NCBI GenBank assembly: GCA_963733095.1
Contig: CAVTBV010000012.1
Coordinates: 320,001-384,000, forward strand
DNA: 64,000 nucleotides
Source of the DNA: Candidatus Bathyarchaeota archaeon
Lineage (GTDB): Archaea; Thermoproteota; Bathyarchaeia; Bathyarchaeales; Bathycorpusculaceae
Direction: 5' to 3'
Within the stretch, counting starts at the first letter, position 1. Each line of letters starts with the position of its first letter. The translations under genes were made by a program, and so were the position numbers. Shown piece after piece: positions 11,164-20,645 of the stretch. The notes under the pieces were generated by a model. It was not told the origin of the DNA. It worked only from the letters and a program-made list of their open reading frames with translations, and did not search any database.

Positions 11164-12213
11164 ATGTTGGCTTCAGCAAAAATCGACGAAATCGATGCAA
11201 AAATACTAAAAATGTTGCTAATTGAGTCCCGCACTAGTTACACCGACATTGCCAATGAATGCAAAATCACAGTTGGAGCCGTTCGAATGCGCTACAAACG
11301 TCTTTGGAAAGAGGGCATAATCAACGGCGAAGTCACGCTTGTTAACCCGCACTGTCTTGGTTATCGGCATATCATTGATTTAGGCATCGTAACAAATAAC
11401 GGATGTGAAAAAGACATCGCGGAATACTTAGAGAGCAAACCCTACGTCTCTGAAGTTATTGCTCATTTTGGCAAATATAATTTTTATGGAAAAGTTGCTC
11501 TACGTGACTTAAACAAGCTCTCAGAGATAATTGAAGATTTAGAGTCAAACCATAAAATCAAACGGGTAGATCCACTAATCTGGTGTGAGGCAGTCAACAT
11601 TGAGTACCCCCAAAACTTAGTTATAAAACCCTTAGAACACTGTCAAATCCACGGAAAAAAAAGACCAGAATTAACGAATATGGACCAGAATCCCATAGAA
11701 ATCGATGAAACAGATAGAAAGATAGCCATGATTCTTTCAAGAAAATCTCGCACACCCTTTAGCCAGATTGCCAGTCAATTGGATATTTCCACAAAAACTG
11801 TGATTCAAAGATACAGAAAACTCCGTGAGAATTTGTTAACGCTTTCAACCATAACTCTTGACTTAAACAAGATCGGATATGGGGCGTTGGCAAATCTCTA
11901 CGTGAAGGTCTCTAATAGAAGCAAACTGACAGAAATTTACCACCAACTGCTTCATATACCCAACGTCATTGTCATTATTAGACTCATTGGTCAATACGAC
12001 TTGTATATTGGTGTTGTTCTTGAAGACTTCGATCATTTGTTCCAAGTGACGAAGCTAATAAGCGGGATTGAAGGTTTAGAAACACCTGACATCTACATAA
12101 CCCCAATGGCGCCGTCGTGGCCACTAAACTTGTTCCCTTCCCTGCTTGAGAATGGAGAAATGCCAAAATACTGGACCAACGAATCCGCTGAGAAGCAAAA
12201 TAAAATTGATTAA
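11164..12213 (+). CDS. Lrp/AsnC-family transcriptional regulator with duplicated HTH+RAM units
   Basis: Two Lrp HTH starts (IDEIDAKILKML...SRTSY; IDETDRKIAMIL...SRTPF). Divergently transcribed from paralog 3. Confidence 0.8.
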   Translation: MLASAKIDEIDAKILKMLLIESRTSYTDIANECKITVGAVRMRYKRLWKEGIINGEVTLVNPHCLGYRHIIDLGIVTNNGCEKDIAEYLESKPYVSEVIAHFGKYNFYGKVALRDLNKLSEIIEDLESNHKIKRVDPLIWCEAVNIEYPQNLVIKPLEHCQIHGKKRPELTNMDQNPIEIDETDRKIAMILSRKSRTPFSQIASQLDISTKTVIQRYRKLRENLLTLSTITLDLNKIGYGALANLYVKVSNRSKLTEIYHQLLHIPNVIVIIRLIGQYDLYIGVVLEDFDHLFQVTKLISGIEGLETPDIYITPMAPSWPLNLFPSLLENGEMPKYWTNESAEKQNKID

Positions 12214-12230
12214 AAATTTTACAGTGCCTC

Positions 12231-12686
12231 TTAATGTCTTGGTTTTTTTCTAAAGCGCAGAGCTTGAGCTAGAAAAATCGCTGCAGAAACGACCGTTACC
12301 ACCGTTAGCAGCCAGAACGACTCCTCAATTGGGGAGCCTAAGAGCAGATGAGGAATCAAAACGGCGATTTCAGCAACCAACACACCCAAGAAAATAAACC
12401 CGAAAACGGCGAAGCTTGGGATAAGAGTTCTTCCAACCCACACATACCCTCTCATACCGACCTTTTCTTTAACAAAATAGTTGCCGTAGTCATCTTTGGC
12501 TATAAGACCCAAATCAATCAGTCTCTGAAGGTTGCGGTAGGCGACACTTGGGCTGCTGAGTTTGACTCCACGCATCAAATCGCGGGGTCCAACGGGCTTT
12601 CCAACCTTGACGAGAAACACATAACTGTCGAACAACGTTGAATTTAATTCTTCGTTAGCCACCAAGCCAGCATCAACCCTAACCAA
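12231..12686 (-). CDS. Winged-helix protein with two C-terminal TM helices (putative membrane-bound regulator)
   Basis: GKPVGPRDLMRGVKLSSPSVAYRNLQRL HTH followed by two hydrophobic segments. Paralog of 50674..51129. Confidence 0.7.
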   Translation of the reverse strand: MVRVDAGLVANEELNSTLFDSYVFLVKVGKPVGPRDLMRGVKLSSPSVAYRNLQRLIDLGLIAKDDYGNYFVKEKVGMRGYVWVGRTLIPSFAVFGFIFLGVLVAEIAVLIPHLLLGSPIEESFWLLTVVTVVSAAIFLAQALRFRKKPRH

Positions 12687-12750
12687 ATAGAAGAACCCAT
12701 CTTAAAAACCAAGCCTTCTTAAGTCCAATTTCTTCTTTATTGTTTTTTAA

Positions 12751-12767
12751 ACTAAAAAAGGGGAAAG
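12751..12767 (-). terminator. Pyrimidine/U-tract terminator after surface-protein paralog 4
   Basis: Minus strand CTTTCCCCTTTTTTAGT about 20 nt past the stop. The identical 17-mer occurs at 35856 and 38937, and variants follow the other paralogs. Confidence 0.6.
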
Positions 12768-12786
12768 ATGTTTTTTGTTTGTTTTT

Positions 12787-15501
12787 TTATGGGTGTTTCC
12801 TTAAGATTAACACCGTAGCTACTGCTATTGCAACGACTATTGCGATAGTAGCAGCTGCTGTGTACATCATCAGGTCTGTGGTTGTTGCTGTATTTGATAT
12901 AGGTGGTGCCGTTGGTGCTGTTGTTGCCGATGGCTCACTGGCATAGAAGTATGTCTGAGCGCTAGATCCGTAGTATGATTGGGTGCCTGCAAAATTGGCT
13001 AATACAGTGTAGTCGCCTGAGATGTCTGGTGTCCAAGTGAAAGCGTATGTGCCGCTTGTATCGGTTGTAGTGGTGCCGATTTGCCTAGTGTTGCCGTTGG
13101 AGTCAGTTACACTTATGGTGACGGGTACTCCTGTCGCGTTGGTTGGCTTTGGCTGCTGCATGTAAACGTATTCCATCCATGCGCTTTGGCTGACGTCAGA
13201 AACTGCTGGCAGTCCGTTGGGGAAGTTTGCTGCGACTGCTTCTTGTTTTGAGCCTCCGGAGATGTCGGTGACGGTGCCTGTTATGGTTACTGGTGTTTGG
13301 GTTGTTACGTAACTTTGAGTTACAGAAACAGTTGTTGCGCTTGGTCCCATGCCGTAGGCGTATATCTGGTTGTCGTATGCGTTTATAACTGTCATGACGC
13401 CATAAGCGATTGCAGGTATGCTGTTAACGTCAAAGGCGTTTATGCTCCAGACAAGCTCGCCAGTCGTGCAGTTAATTGCCAGTTGCTGCGCGCCAAGGAA
13501 TAATGGGGGACTGTATTCGTGTCCTTCTTCTAGGAATAGGACTCCGTCAGCGACTCCCCCGATTGAGAAGGTCCATATTGGCCATATTCCGTAGGGACTG
13601 TTGGTGCCGCTGGGACCTTGGAGGGTGGTTGTGTTGGTGTACCAGTTTATGTTTCCTGTTAGCATGTTGATTGACCATATGTCTCCGCCAAAGCCAGCAA
13701 GATACAATGTTCCATTAGCAAGTGTACTCATGTAACCGCCTATGCTATCATAAGGATCAACAGGTGAAAGCACATCCTTCCAAAGTAAGTCGCCTGTTTG
13801 CACATTGTAACCGTAGAGTGTAGAATCCTCGTATGACATTTCACCGTAGACTCCATATCCGTCGCATTCACCAACCACTCTTGAATAGGGTGCGTAGGTA
13901 CGATTCTCTATCCATAATTGTTGTCCAGTGTCTGCGCTGTAGCCAGCTTCAATTTGCCATCCGGGCTGGAACAGACCGCCTGAAGAACCCCCAGAAGTCA
14001 TCACTACCACTCCACTGTTGATATCTTGCGCTGTAGTTATTGGACCTGCTGCGCCAATTGAGAAACCTGAAGGCAAAGGGTTGCCTGAGTAGTTTGTAGC
14101 CAAGGGTGCTCTCCACGTAATTCCATTAGAAAACGGTATCACGCCTAGTTGTGGAGGTCTCCATTGCCATCCCGAGGCGGTCGATCCCCAAGCGCTTGAC
14201 ATTATGCATGTCGTTGAATTCCACATGTTTAGTGTCGGACCCGTACTAACATCTACAACGGGTGAGGGCCCGATGTTGTTGTTTAGGTAGCCCACGATTT
14301 GTTGTTTTCCAGCTGTTTGGTTGATATAGTAACCAATTAAGTTTCCACTCTGGTCAGTCATCAATGCTTGTGATGTGCCGTTGACGATGCTTAGAATGTA
14401 GGTTCCGGTTTCAGCGTCAAACATGTTTAATGTGGTTCCAGTCGAGACGATTCCTGCAGGGGTTCCGGTGGTCCATATGTATGCGAGGCCACCGTACTGG
14501 TTTGGCGATACATAGTCGAGTATTTGTCCGCAAAGGATTGTTGTAGATAAGCCAGTTGAGGTTAGGGCAGTTTGCATTGGTGAGCCGCCGCCGTAGTTCG
14601 CGCTGTTATCAGTCCATACTGTTTGTCCCGTGTATAGGTCTACACAAATTAAGCCTGCAGGGGTAGTTGAACTTCCGGGGTAGACATTATAGTAGAGATA
14701 GCCGTTGATTATGACTGGCGCAAATTTTTTCTCGTATTGTGCAGTTGAGTAATAATTGCCGTAGGTTGTTGTTCCGCCAAAGTCTCCGCCTAGTACTCCT
14801 CCGAATGCTTCAGGTTTTGTCCACAGAATGTGAGCTGACTTTGGTGCTGTGGTGTAAGGATTAAAGTTTGAAGTGGTGTTGTACTTGCCAGCGCCGCCAA
14901 GGTTTAGAGATGCCCCACCTATCGCGTACCAATTGTGAACATTCATGGCGTTTATAGGAGTTTGCCAGTAACTTGTCGGAAGCGGAGCTACTGAAACTCC
15001 TCCCACGGGTTCCTGCTGCACTGTAAGCGTTGCTGGACTGCTAGTGCTGGGTTCATAGTAATCGCCTATGAATGGGCTGGTTTGTCCTCTAGCTAGATTG
15101 TCACCTGCTAATGTTTGTCCTCCAAAGATTGTAGTAAAAGTGTAGGTTCCGAGTTGTGTGGGCGTGTAGGGGGTGTATGTTCCGCCGGTGTCGTCGCTTG
15201 TGAAGGGTCCCATTGTTTTGGTGGTTTGGTCTGGCAGTATGATTTTCAGGGTTATATTTTGCCATCTATCTCCGTACGGACCGTTGGCTGTTGGTGGTGG
15301 TTGTCCGAGCCACATGCCGATGTTGACTGTTTGGCCTATTCCGACTGGGTTTGTTCCTACGTTGCAGAAAGCATAGGTAGGTATGTTGTATTGTGGATTG
15401 TGTGCGTTTGCGTTTGGTATTAGTGTTGTTGAAGCTCCAATGGAAATTGTTAAAATCGCCGCAATCAAAATAGCTATTAATTTATTTTTTGGCTTCTGCA
15501 T
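12787..15501 (-). CDS. PQQ-like beta-propeller surface protein, paralog 4
   Basis: Signal ANA|HNP, GPFTSDDTGG, GHEYSPP, NAYDNQIY, TM helix plus RKHP. Confidence 0.8.
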   Translation of the reverse strand: MQKPKNKLIAILIAAILTISIGASTTLIPNANAHNPQYNIPTYAFCNVGTNPVGIGQTVNIGMWLGQPPPTANGPYGDRWQNITLKIILPDQTTKTMGPFTSDDTGGTYTPYTPTQLGTYTFTTIFGGQTLAGDNLARGQTSPFIGDYYEPSTSSPATLTVQQEPVGGVSVAPLPTSYWQTPINAMNVHNWYAIGGASLNLGGAGKYNTTSNFNPYTTAPKSAHILWTKPEAFGGVLGGDFGGTTTYGNYYSTAQYEKKFAPVIINGYLYYNVYPGSSTTPAGLICVDLYTGQTVWTDNSANYGGGSPMQTALTSTGLSTTILCGQILDYVSPNQYGGLAYIWTTGTPAGIVSTGTTLNMFDAETGTYILSIVNGTSQALMTDQSGNLIGYYINQTAGKQQIVGYLNNNIGPSPVVDVSTGPTLNMWNSTTCIMSSAWGSTASGWQWRPPQLGVIPFSNGITWRAPLATNYSGNPLPSGFSIGAAGPITTAQDINSGVVVMTSGGSSGGLFQPGWQIEAGYSADTGQQLWIENRTYAPYSRVVGECDGYGVYGEMSYEDSTLYGYNVQTGDLLWKDVLSPVDPYDSIGGYMSTLANGTLYLAGFGGDIWSINMLTGNINWYTNTTTLQGPSGTNSPYGIWPIWTFSIGGVADGVLFLEEGHEYSPPLFLGAQQLAINCTTGELVWSINAFDVNSIPAIAYGVMTVINAYDNQIYAYGMGPSATTVSVTQSYVTTQTPVTITGTVTDISGGSKQEAVAANFPNGLPAVSDVSQSAWMEYVYMQQPKPTNATGVPVTISVTDSNGNTRQIGTTTTDTSGTYAFTWTPDISGDYTVLANFAGTQSYYGSSAQTYFYASEPSATTAPTAPPISNTATTTDLMMYTAAATIAIVVAIAVATVLILRKHP

Positions 15502-15804
15502 TTCTATTTCTCCTAAATTTTAATGGGACAAGAACTTGTTTTGATAAAAATGTCCTCGCTCCATGGTTCGACTATTCATATGGGGTGACTTTATAAAATT
15601 ATGGGAAGTCCCCCCTGACGACAAAACCCTTGACAAAACTAACAGATTAACTTGAACAAAGTAACACAAACACAAGAAAAGAGCTTACAATGAAGCGCTA
15701 ACTAAAAGAGCGCAGTTTCTATAAAAAGACAAGTCAATTCAATTGACCGTAATCGATATTAACTGTTTACAGGAAGTATCTCAAAAAGCAACGTTTGGGT
15801 AACC

Positions 15805-16809
15805 TTGGAGCTAAACCTCGTAAACGCGCTAGTCTCAATCGTTATTCTAGTGTTGGCTATACTGTTAGATTTGGTTTTGGGGGACCCATCCCCTAACAAC
15901 CCTGAAAGGTGGGTTTTCAAGCTGCACCCGACCGTGTTGATGGGCAATTTTACTAGAAAAATTGAGCCCGCCTTTAAGAACCCGGATGCTAAAATGGAAA
16001 AGTTTCTCGGTGTCCTTTTGGGTTTAGCGGTTATTGCCGCGTTTAGTCTTCCGGTTTTCTTTGGTTTGTGGGCAATCTACACGTACGTACCGTTCTACAT
16101 CAACATAGTCGTATACGGTTTCATCGCCGTAATCCTAGTTAAAATGACCATATGCATAAAACTGGAGACCGCCTGGGCCAAAGCCGCGGCCAAAGCCATT
16201 GATGAAAGCAACTTGCCCGAAGCAAAAAAATACAGCCACTTCTCAAGACGCGAATCCAAAGACCTCAACGGCTCCCAGATGGGCAGCGCAGTCATCGAAT
16301 CCATGTCAGAGAACCTCATCGACTTCAAACTCTCGCCCATGATGTCTTTTGCTCTCTTTGGGGTCACCGGAGCCATGGCTTTTCGAGCTATAAACACCCT
16401 CGACGGCATGGTGGGCTTCAAAACAAAGGAACACATAAACACGGGCTGGTTTAGCGCCAACCTCGACAATTTTGTGAACTACATTCCCACAAGGCTTACG
16501 GCGCTGCTTATGATTGTGGCAGCGGCTATTTTGCGCATGGATGCGGGGAACGCTTGGAGAATGGCGCGTCGAGACCACAAAAAAACGCCCAGTCGCAACC
16601 ATGGTTGGCCGATGGCGGCAGTGGCAGGTGCTCTTCGAATTCAACTGGAAAAGCCTGGGCAGTATATTCTTGGCGATTCACAGGAGCCAGTGACGGGAGA
16701 CAAGATTCTGGGTGCCCTAAAGATTCGGGATGTCACGATTGTTCTTTGGGGACTTATCTGCGTCGGAGTCATCATTTTGGTGCGGTTGTTCTGGTTTATG
16801 CCCATTTAG
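15805..16809 (+). CDS. cbiB: Adenosylcobinamide-phosphate synthase CbiB/CobD
   Basis: DLVLGDP...HP, ESMSENLID, FRAINTLDGMVG, LDNFVNYIPTRL, SRNHGWPMAAVAGAL.L.KPG.Y.LG; multi-TM. Confidence 0.88.
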   Translation: MELNLVNALVSIVILVLAILLDLVLGDPSPNNPERWVFKLHPTVLMGNFTRKIEPAFKNPDAKMEKFLGVLLGLAVIAAFSLPVFFGLWAIYTYVPFYINIVVYGFIAVILVKMTICIKLETAWAKAAAKAIDESNLPEAKKYSHFSRRESKDLNGSQMGSAVIESMSENLIDFKLSPMMSFALFGVTGAMAFRAINTLDGMVGFKTKEHINTGWFSANLDNFVNYIPTRLTALLMIVAAAILRMDAGNAWRMARRDHKKTPSRNHGWPMAAVAGALRIQLEKPGQYILGDSQEPVTGDKILGALKIRDVTIVLWGLICVGVIILVRLFWFMPI

Positions 16810-16861
16810 TGCAAAGTTTTAATCACACAGATGCGGATTCACAGTTAGAAGTGCCTGCGCA

Positions 16862-18310
16862 ATGCGTGTTTGCCTCATCAACCCACCCAGAATTCAGCCC
16901 AAAGCCTGGGGAAAACCCAACGTTTTCCCACCCATCGTCCTAGCATCCGTTGCCGCTGTATTGGAGAAAAAGCACACTGTAAGCATTATTGATGCGCCAA
17001 CAGAGGGCTGGCGTAACCTTGCGGAGCTGGATGAATCCAAGTACCGCGTGGGCTTGAGCTCTGAAACCATCGCTGAACGTGTTAAGAAGTGGAGTCCTGA
17101 GGCGGTTGTGGTTGAGATTCCATTTTCGGGTTGGTCAAGAACCGCTTTTGACGTAGTCCGCGCAGTAAAAGCCGTTGATAGCAAAATTTCTGTTGTACTG
17201 ATGGGTCAGCATCCCACGGCTCGACCCAAAGCGTGCCTCTCAGAATCCGGGGTGGATTTTGTGGTTGTCGGGGAACCAGAAAGCACAGTTTCCGAACTCG
17301 TCGACACTCTTGCACGGGGAAAACAGGATTTCAGGAATGTAGATGGTTTAGGCTTCAATGAAAACGGGAAAGCCATACTTACGGGGAAACGCGCTTTCAT
17401 TGAGGATTTAGATTCATTGCCCTTTCCAGCAAGACACCTTCTGCCTATGAACGTTTACAACGAAGCGGTCAAGGAGAACCCGCTGCGGGGCGAAATAAGC
17501 AAGCCCTGGACCATCGTTACCACCACCCGAGGCTGTCCCTACAGTTGCGTCTTCTGCTCGGTCTGTATCCTTTGGGGCAGAACATGGCGGGCGAGGAGCC
17601 CAAAAAACGTAGTCGACGAACTCGAACATGTCGTCAAGACCTACGGCGTGAAGCAGGTTGATTTCTACGACGAAAACATGACCCTGGATAAGAAGCGGAT
17701 GGCGGAGATTTGTGACTTAATCGTTGAGCGCCGCTTGCGAATCGAGTGGTTTACGCCTAACGGTGTCCGTGCAGATACGCTTGATGAGGAGTTGTTGCGG
17801 AAGATGAAGCAGGCTGGCTGCAAAAAAATTCGTGTCGCCCCGGAATCCGGCGTGCAACGCATCGTCAATGATGTTATTGGCAAGAACTTGGATTTGAAGA
17901 AGGTGGAGCAGGCGGTGGTTTTATGCAAAAAAGTCGGCATTAAGGTGGGTTGCTTTTTTGTGTTGGGCATGATTGGGGAAACCAAAGCAGACATCGAAGA
18001 AACGATAAAGTTCGCATACAAACTTCGCAGTCTCGGCGCTGACAGTCTAATCTTTAGCATTGCCATGCCGCTGTATGGAACAGCCCTCTACGAGCAGGCT
18101 AAAGAAGGTGGGTATTTGCGGGAAGGCTTCTGCGATTACGCTCTGGCTGCAACGGAGCCTCTCATTGAAACCCCTGAGTTCACAGCCCAAGACCTGCAGG
18201 AACTTTGCATTAGGGCGAACATGGCAAACCCAACGTTTACCAGAGCCAAAATTTTGAGGGCGGCGAAGAATCCGAGGAAAACATTAAAGATTTTACGGAA
18301 AATGCTCTAA
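16862..18310 (+). CDS. Cobalamin-binding radical SAM enzyme
   Basis: B12-binding N-terminus (GQHPT, GEPE), TRGCPYSCVFC, APESG. Confidence 0.9.
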   Translation: MRVCLINPPRIQPKAWGKPNVFPPIVLASVAAVLEKKHTVSIIDAPTEGWRNLAELDESKYRVGLSSETIAERVKKWSPEAVVVEIPFSGWSRTAFDVVRAVKAVDSKISVVLMGQHPTARPKACLSESGVDFVVVGEPESTVSELVDTLARGKQDFRNVDGLGFNENGKAILTGKRAFIEDLDSLPFPARHLLPMNVYNEAVKENPLRGEISKPWTIVTTTRGCPYSCVFCSVCILWGRTWRARSPKNVVDELEHVVKTYGVKQVDFYDENMTLDKKRMAEICDLIVERRLRIEWFTPNGVRADTLDEELLRKMKQAGCKKIRVAPESGVQRIVNDVIGKNLDLKKVEQAVVLCKKVGIKVGCFFVLGMIGETKADIEETIKFAYKLRSLGADSLIFSIAMPLYGTALYEQAKEGGYLREGFCDYALAATEPLIETPEFTAQDLQELCIRANMANPTFTRAKILRAAKNPRKTLKILRKML

Positions 18311-18368
18311 ACCCAAATCTTGCCGTTCGCGCAAGTTTTATAATAACCGTTCGGGTTCCTATTAAGGT

Positions 18369-18629
18369 ATGAATTCTGTTTTTGTCAGGTTAATACTTGT
18401 TGTGAAGGTTTTCGCTCAGCTGCTATTTCTATTTGGTTTGCTAGCTTGGCTTGACGGCGCAATTATACAGGTAACCCATCCTGATTGGTTGCCTTTGCAA
18501 CTTTCACATCTAACGCCTTGGATTAGAACCGACACCTTCACCATCCTAATGTTTATGGTAAGCGCGGTGGGGTTCTTTGTTTGGAGAGTAATAGTTGAAG
18601 TTATGAAGGCGAACCAAAAAAAGGATTAA
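18369..18629 (+). CDS. Small two-TM membrane protein of unknown function
   Basis: 86 aa with two hydrophobic helices; TTTATA-like promoter just upstream. Confidence 0.6.
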   Translation: MNSVFVRLILVVKVFAQLLFLFGLLAWLDGAIIQVTHPDWLPLQLSHLTPWIRTDTFTILMFMVSAVGFFVWRVIVEVMKANQKKD

Positions 18630-18736
18630 TTAATTTTTTAATGTCCAGATAAGCGCATATTCTTGTGTAATGTCCAGTCGTCTATGCATTGGCGATTTGT
18701 GGGAGGACTGAGGTGTATGGTTTGGGTTTTGTTTGA

Positions 18737-18782
18737 TTGTTGTTGCAACTGTTGTTGTGGAATTGGGTTGCAGCAACAACAA
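18737..18782. repeat. Inverted repeat TTGTTGTTGC...GCAACAACAA related to the 23 kb hairpin array
   Basis: 10-bp perfect arms. CAACTGTTGTTGT (18746-18758) is identical to 23168-23180. Confidence 0.55.
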
Positions 18783-18936
18783 CTTCTACGGCTTTGCCAT
18801 TGATCTAACCCTCGACGGTGTTTGAGCGATTAGAAGCGAGTGAGTCATTTCCGAGTCTTGAAGGAGAGAGTTTCGTGTTTTAGAAAGAATGGTTGGAGAT
18901 CGATCGTGGGGCAATTGAGATTTCGCAACCATGCGT

Positions 18937-20481
18937 TCAAAACATCTTTATTTTGCCGTCAATGATTGTCATTTCAACTTTTATATCCTTAATTTTTCCT
19001 GGCTCGTTCGTATTTGGGTCAGCGGACAGAACAGTTAAGTCAGCTAGTTTACCCTCTTCAATCGCCCCCTTAACATCTTCCTCACAGGAGCAAAATGCGG
19101 CATCCAGTGTGTACATCCTCAAGGCTTCCTCGACGGTTAGCTGCTGCTCAGGAAAGCTCTTTCGGGTAATTGCGTCTTGGATACCAAGCAAAGGATTTAG
19201 GGGTTCCATGGGGCAGTCGGAGCCGCCAGCAACCTTTATGCCCGCGTTTAGCAGGGTTTTGATGGGATGCAGCCAACTCGCCCGTTCAGCTCCCAGATGC
19301 TTCAGGGCTGACCACACCTCAAACTCTGTAGGAACCATCCTGGGCTGAACCGAAACGACCACATCCTGCGCTTTGAGACGGCTGACTAGGTGCCTGTTTA
19401 GAACCGCGGCTTGCTCGATGCGGAACCTGACTTTTTTGGGTGATTGTTCGATTGCTGTGAGTGTCGCGTCTATTGCTTTGTCGCCCATGGCATGTATGAC
19501 AGGCTGAAGACCCAACTCCAGAACCTGCGATACCAAAACCGCCAACTCTTTCTCGGTGCAGTTCATTTTGCCCTGGTTGTCTGGGTCGTCACTGTAGGGC
19601 TGCATGAGCGCTGCTGTTTTTGAGTCGAGGTATCCGTCGACAAAGATTATGGCGCCGCCCAACCGCATCCTCAAATTGTCAGATGACCTAAAGTTGCCTG
19701 CAGCTTTTAGGAACTCGCAGGGAACAATCACGTTAACTCTGATCGGAAATTTCCCCTGCTCATGCAGTGCTTGAATTAATGGGAGTTCTTGCTCGGAGAG
19801 GATTATCCAGTCCACACTGGTTATGCCTGCCTCCAAGATTTTTTGGCAAGCCACCGCTGCCGCATCCGTTAGCTCCTCCAGAGTCGGTTCTGCAACTGCC
19901 TGCCAAATCAGGTTGGTAGCGCTGTCCCGAAAAATCCCTGTGAGTTCGCCTGCGGCGGTTTTGTCTATAGTGCCGCCGTTGGGAGTGGAGGTTTGGATGG
20001 TTACTTGGGCTATGGATAGTGCTTTGCTATTTGCCGCACAGATGAATGCGGCTCCATGGTACAGGATTACTGGGTTGTCTGGTGCAGCTGCGTCGAGGTC
20101 GCCAAGAGTTAGGAGGCGTTTTTCTTTGAGATGGTTTTCGTTCCAGCCGCGTCCGACAATCCATTTGCCCGAAGATGTTTGCTTTGCTTTCTCTTTCAGG
20201 AGGCTCTGCAGCTCCGCGATTGATTGGGCAGAGGAGAGGTCAAGCCACATCAGGCATCTACCAAAGTCTGCCACATGAATGTGAGTGTCGATTAAGCCGG
20301 GAACCATTGTTTTTCCTTTGAGGCTGATGACTTTGGTTTCTTTTCCGATTAACTGGTCTATTTCTTGGTTTGTGCCCACTTTGAGGATTCGGTTTTGTTT
20401 GATGGCGACTGCTTGGGCAAGGGGCTGACGCGGGTTCATGGTCTTAATGTTCGCATCGATGAATGCTGTGTCTGCTAGCAA
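18937..20481 (-). CDS. Amidohydrolase, YtcJ-like (amidohydrolase_3)
   Basis: PGLIDTHIH, GRGW, HAMGD, GSDCP, GAIEEGKLADLTVL. Confidence 0.85.
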   Translation of the reverse strand: MLADTAFIDANIKTMNPRQPLAQAVAIKQNRILKVGTNQEIDQLIGKETKVISLKGKTMVPGLIDTHIHVADFGRCLMWLDLSSAQSIAELQSLLKEKAKQTSSGKWIVGRGWNENHLKEKRLLTLGDLDAAAPDNPVILYHGAAFICAANSKALSIAQVTIQTSTPNGGTIDKTAAGELTGIFRDSATNLIWQAVAEPTLEELTDAAAVACQKILEAGITSVDWIILSEQELPLIQALHEQGKFPIRVNVIVPCEFLKAAGNFRSSDNLRMRLGGAIIFVDGYLDSKTAALMQPYSDDPDNQGKMNCTEKELAVLVSQVLELGLQPVIHAMGDKAIDATLTAIEQSPKKVRFRIEQAAVLNRHLVSRLKAQDVVVSVQPRMVPTEFEVWSALKHLGAERASWLHPIKTLLNAGIKVAGGSDCPMEPLNPLLGIQDAITRKSFPEQQLTVEEALRMYTLDAAFCSCEEDVKGAIEEGKLADLTVLSADPNTNEPGKIKDIKVEMTIIDGKIKMF

Positions 20482-20645
20482 GGCGCTACAAATCCAGGAG
20501 GTTTTAGTTACTTGTGGCTATTGGACGCTAAACATAAAACCCTTCCGTTTTCCAGCAGCACTTTAAGGGAGGCGTGGTTTTGGGGTTATCTGCAAAACAC
20601 ATAATAGTTTCCGCAGCCGTTTTTCATTTCAAGCTGGGGAAACAA

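Noticed and set aside
11164-12213. Possible AhbAB/NirDL siroheme decarboxylase fusion (Lrp-like fold, tetrapyrrole-type neighbours)
   Set aside because: No H-x-Y-x-R catalytic motif is visible. It looks like an ordinary double-domain Lrp regulator.
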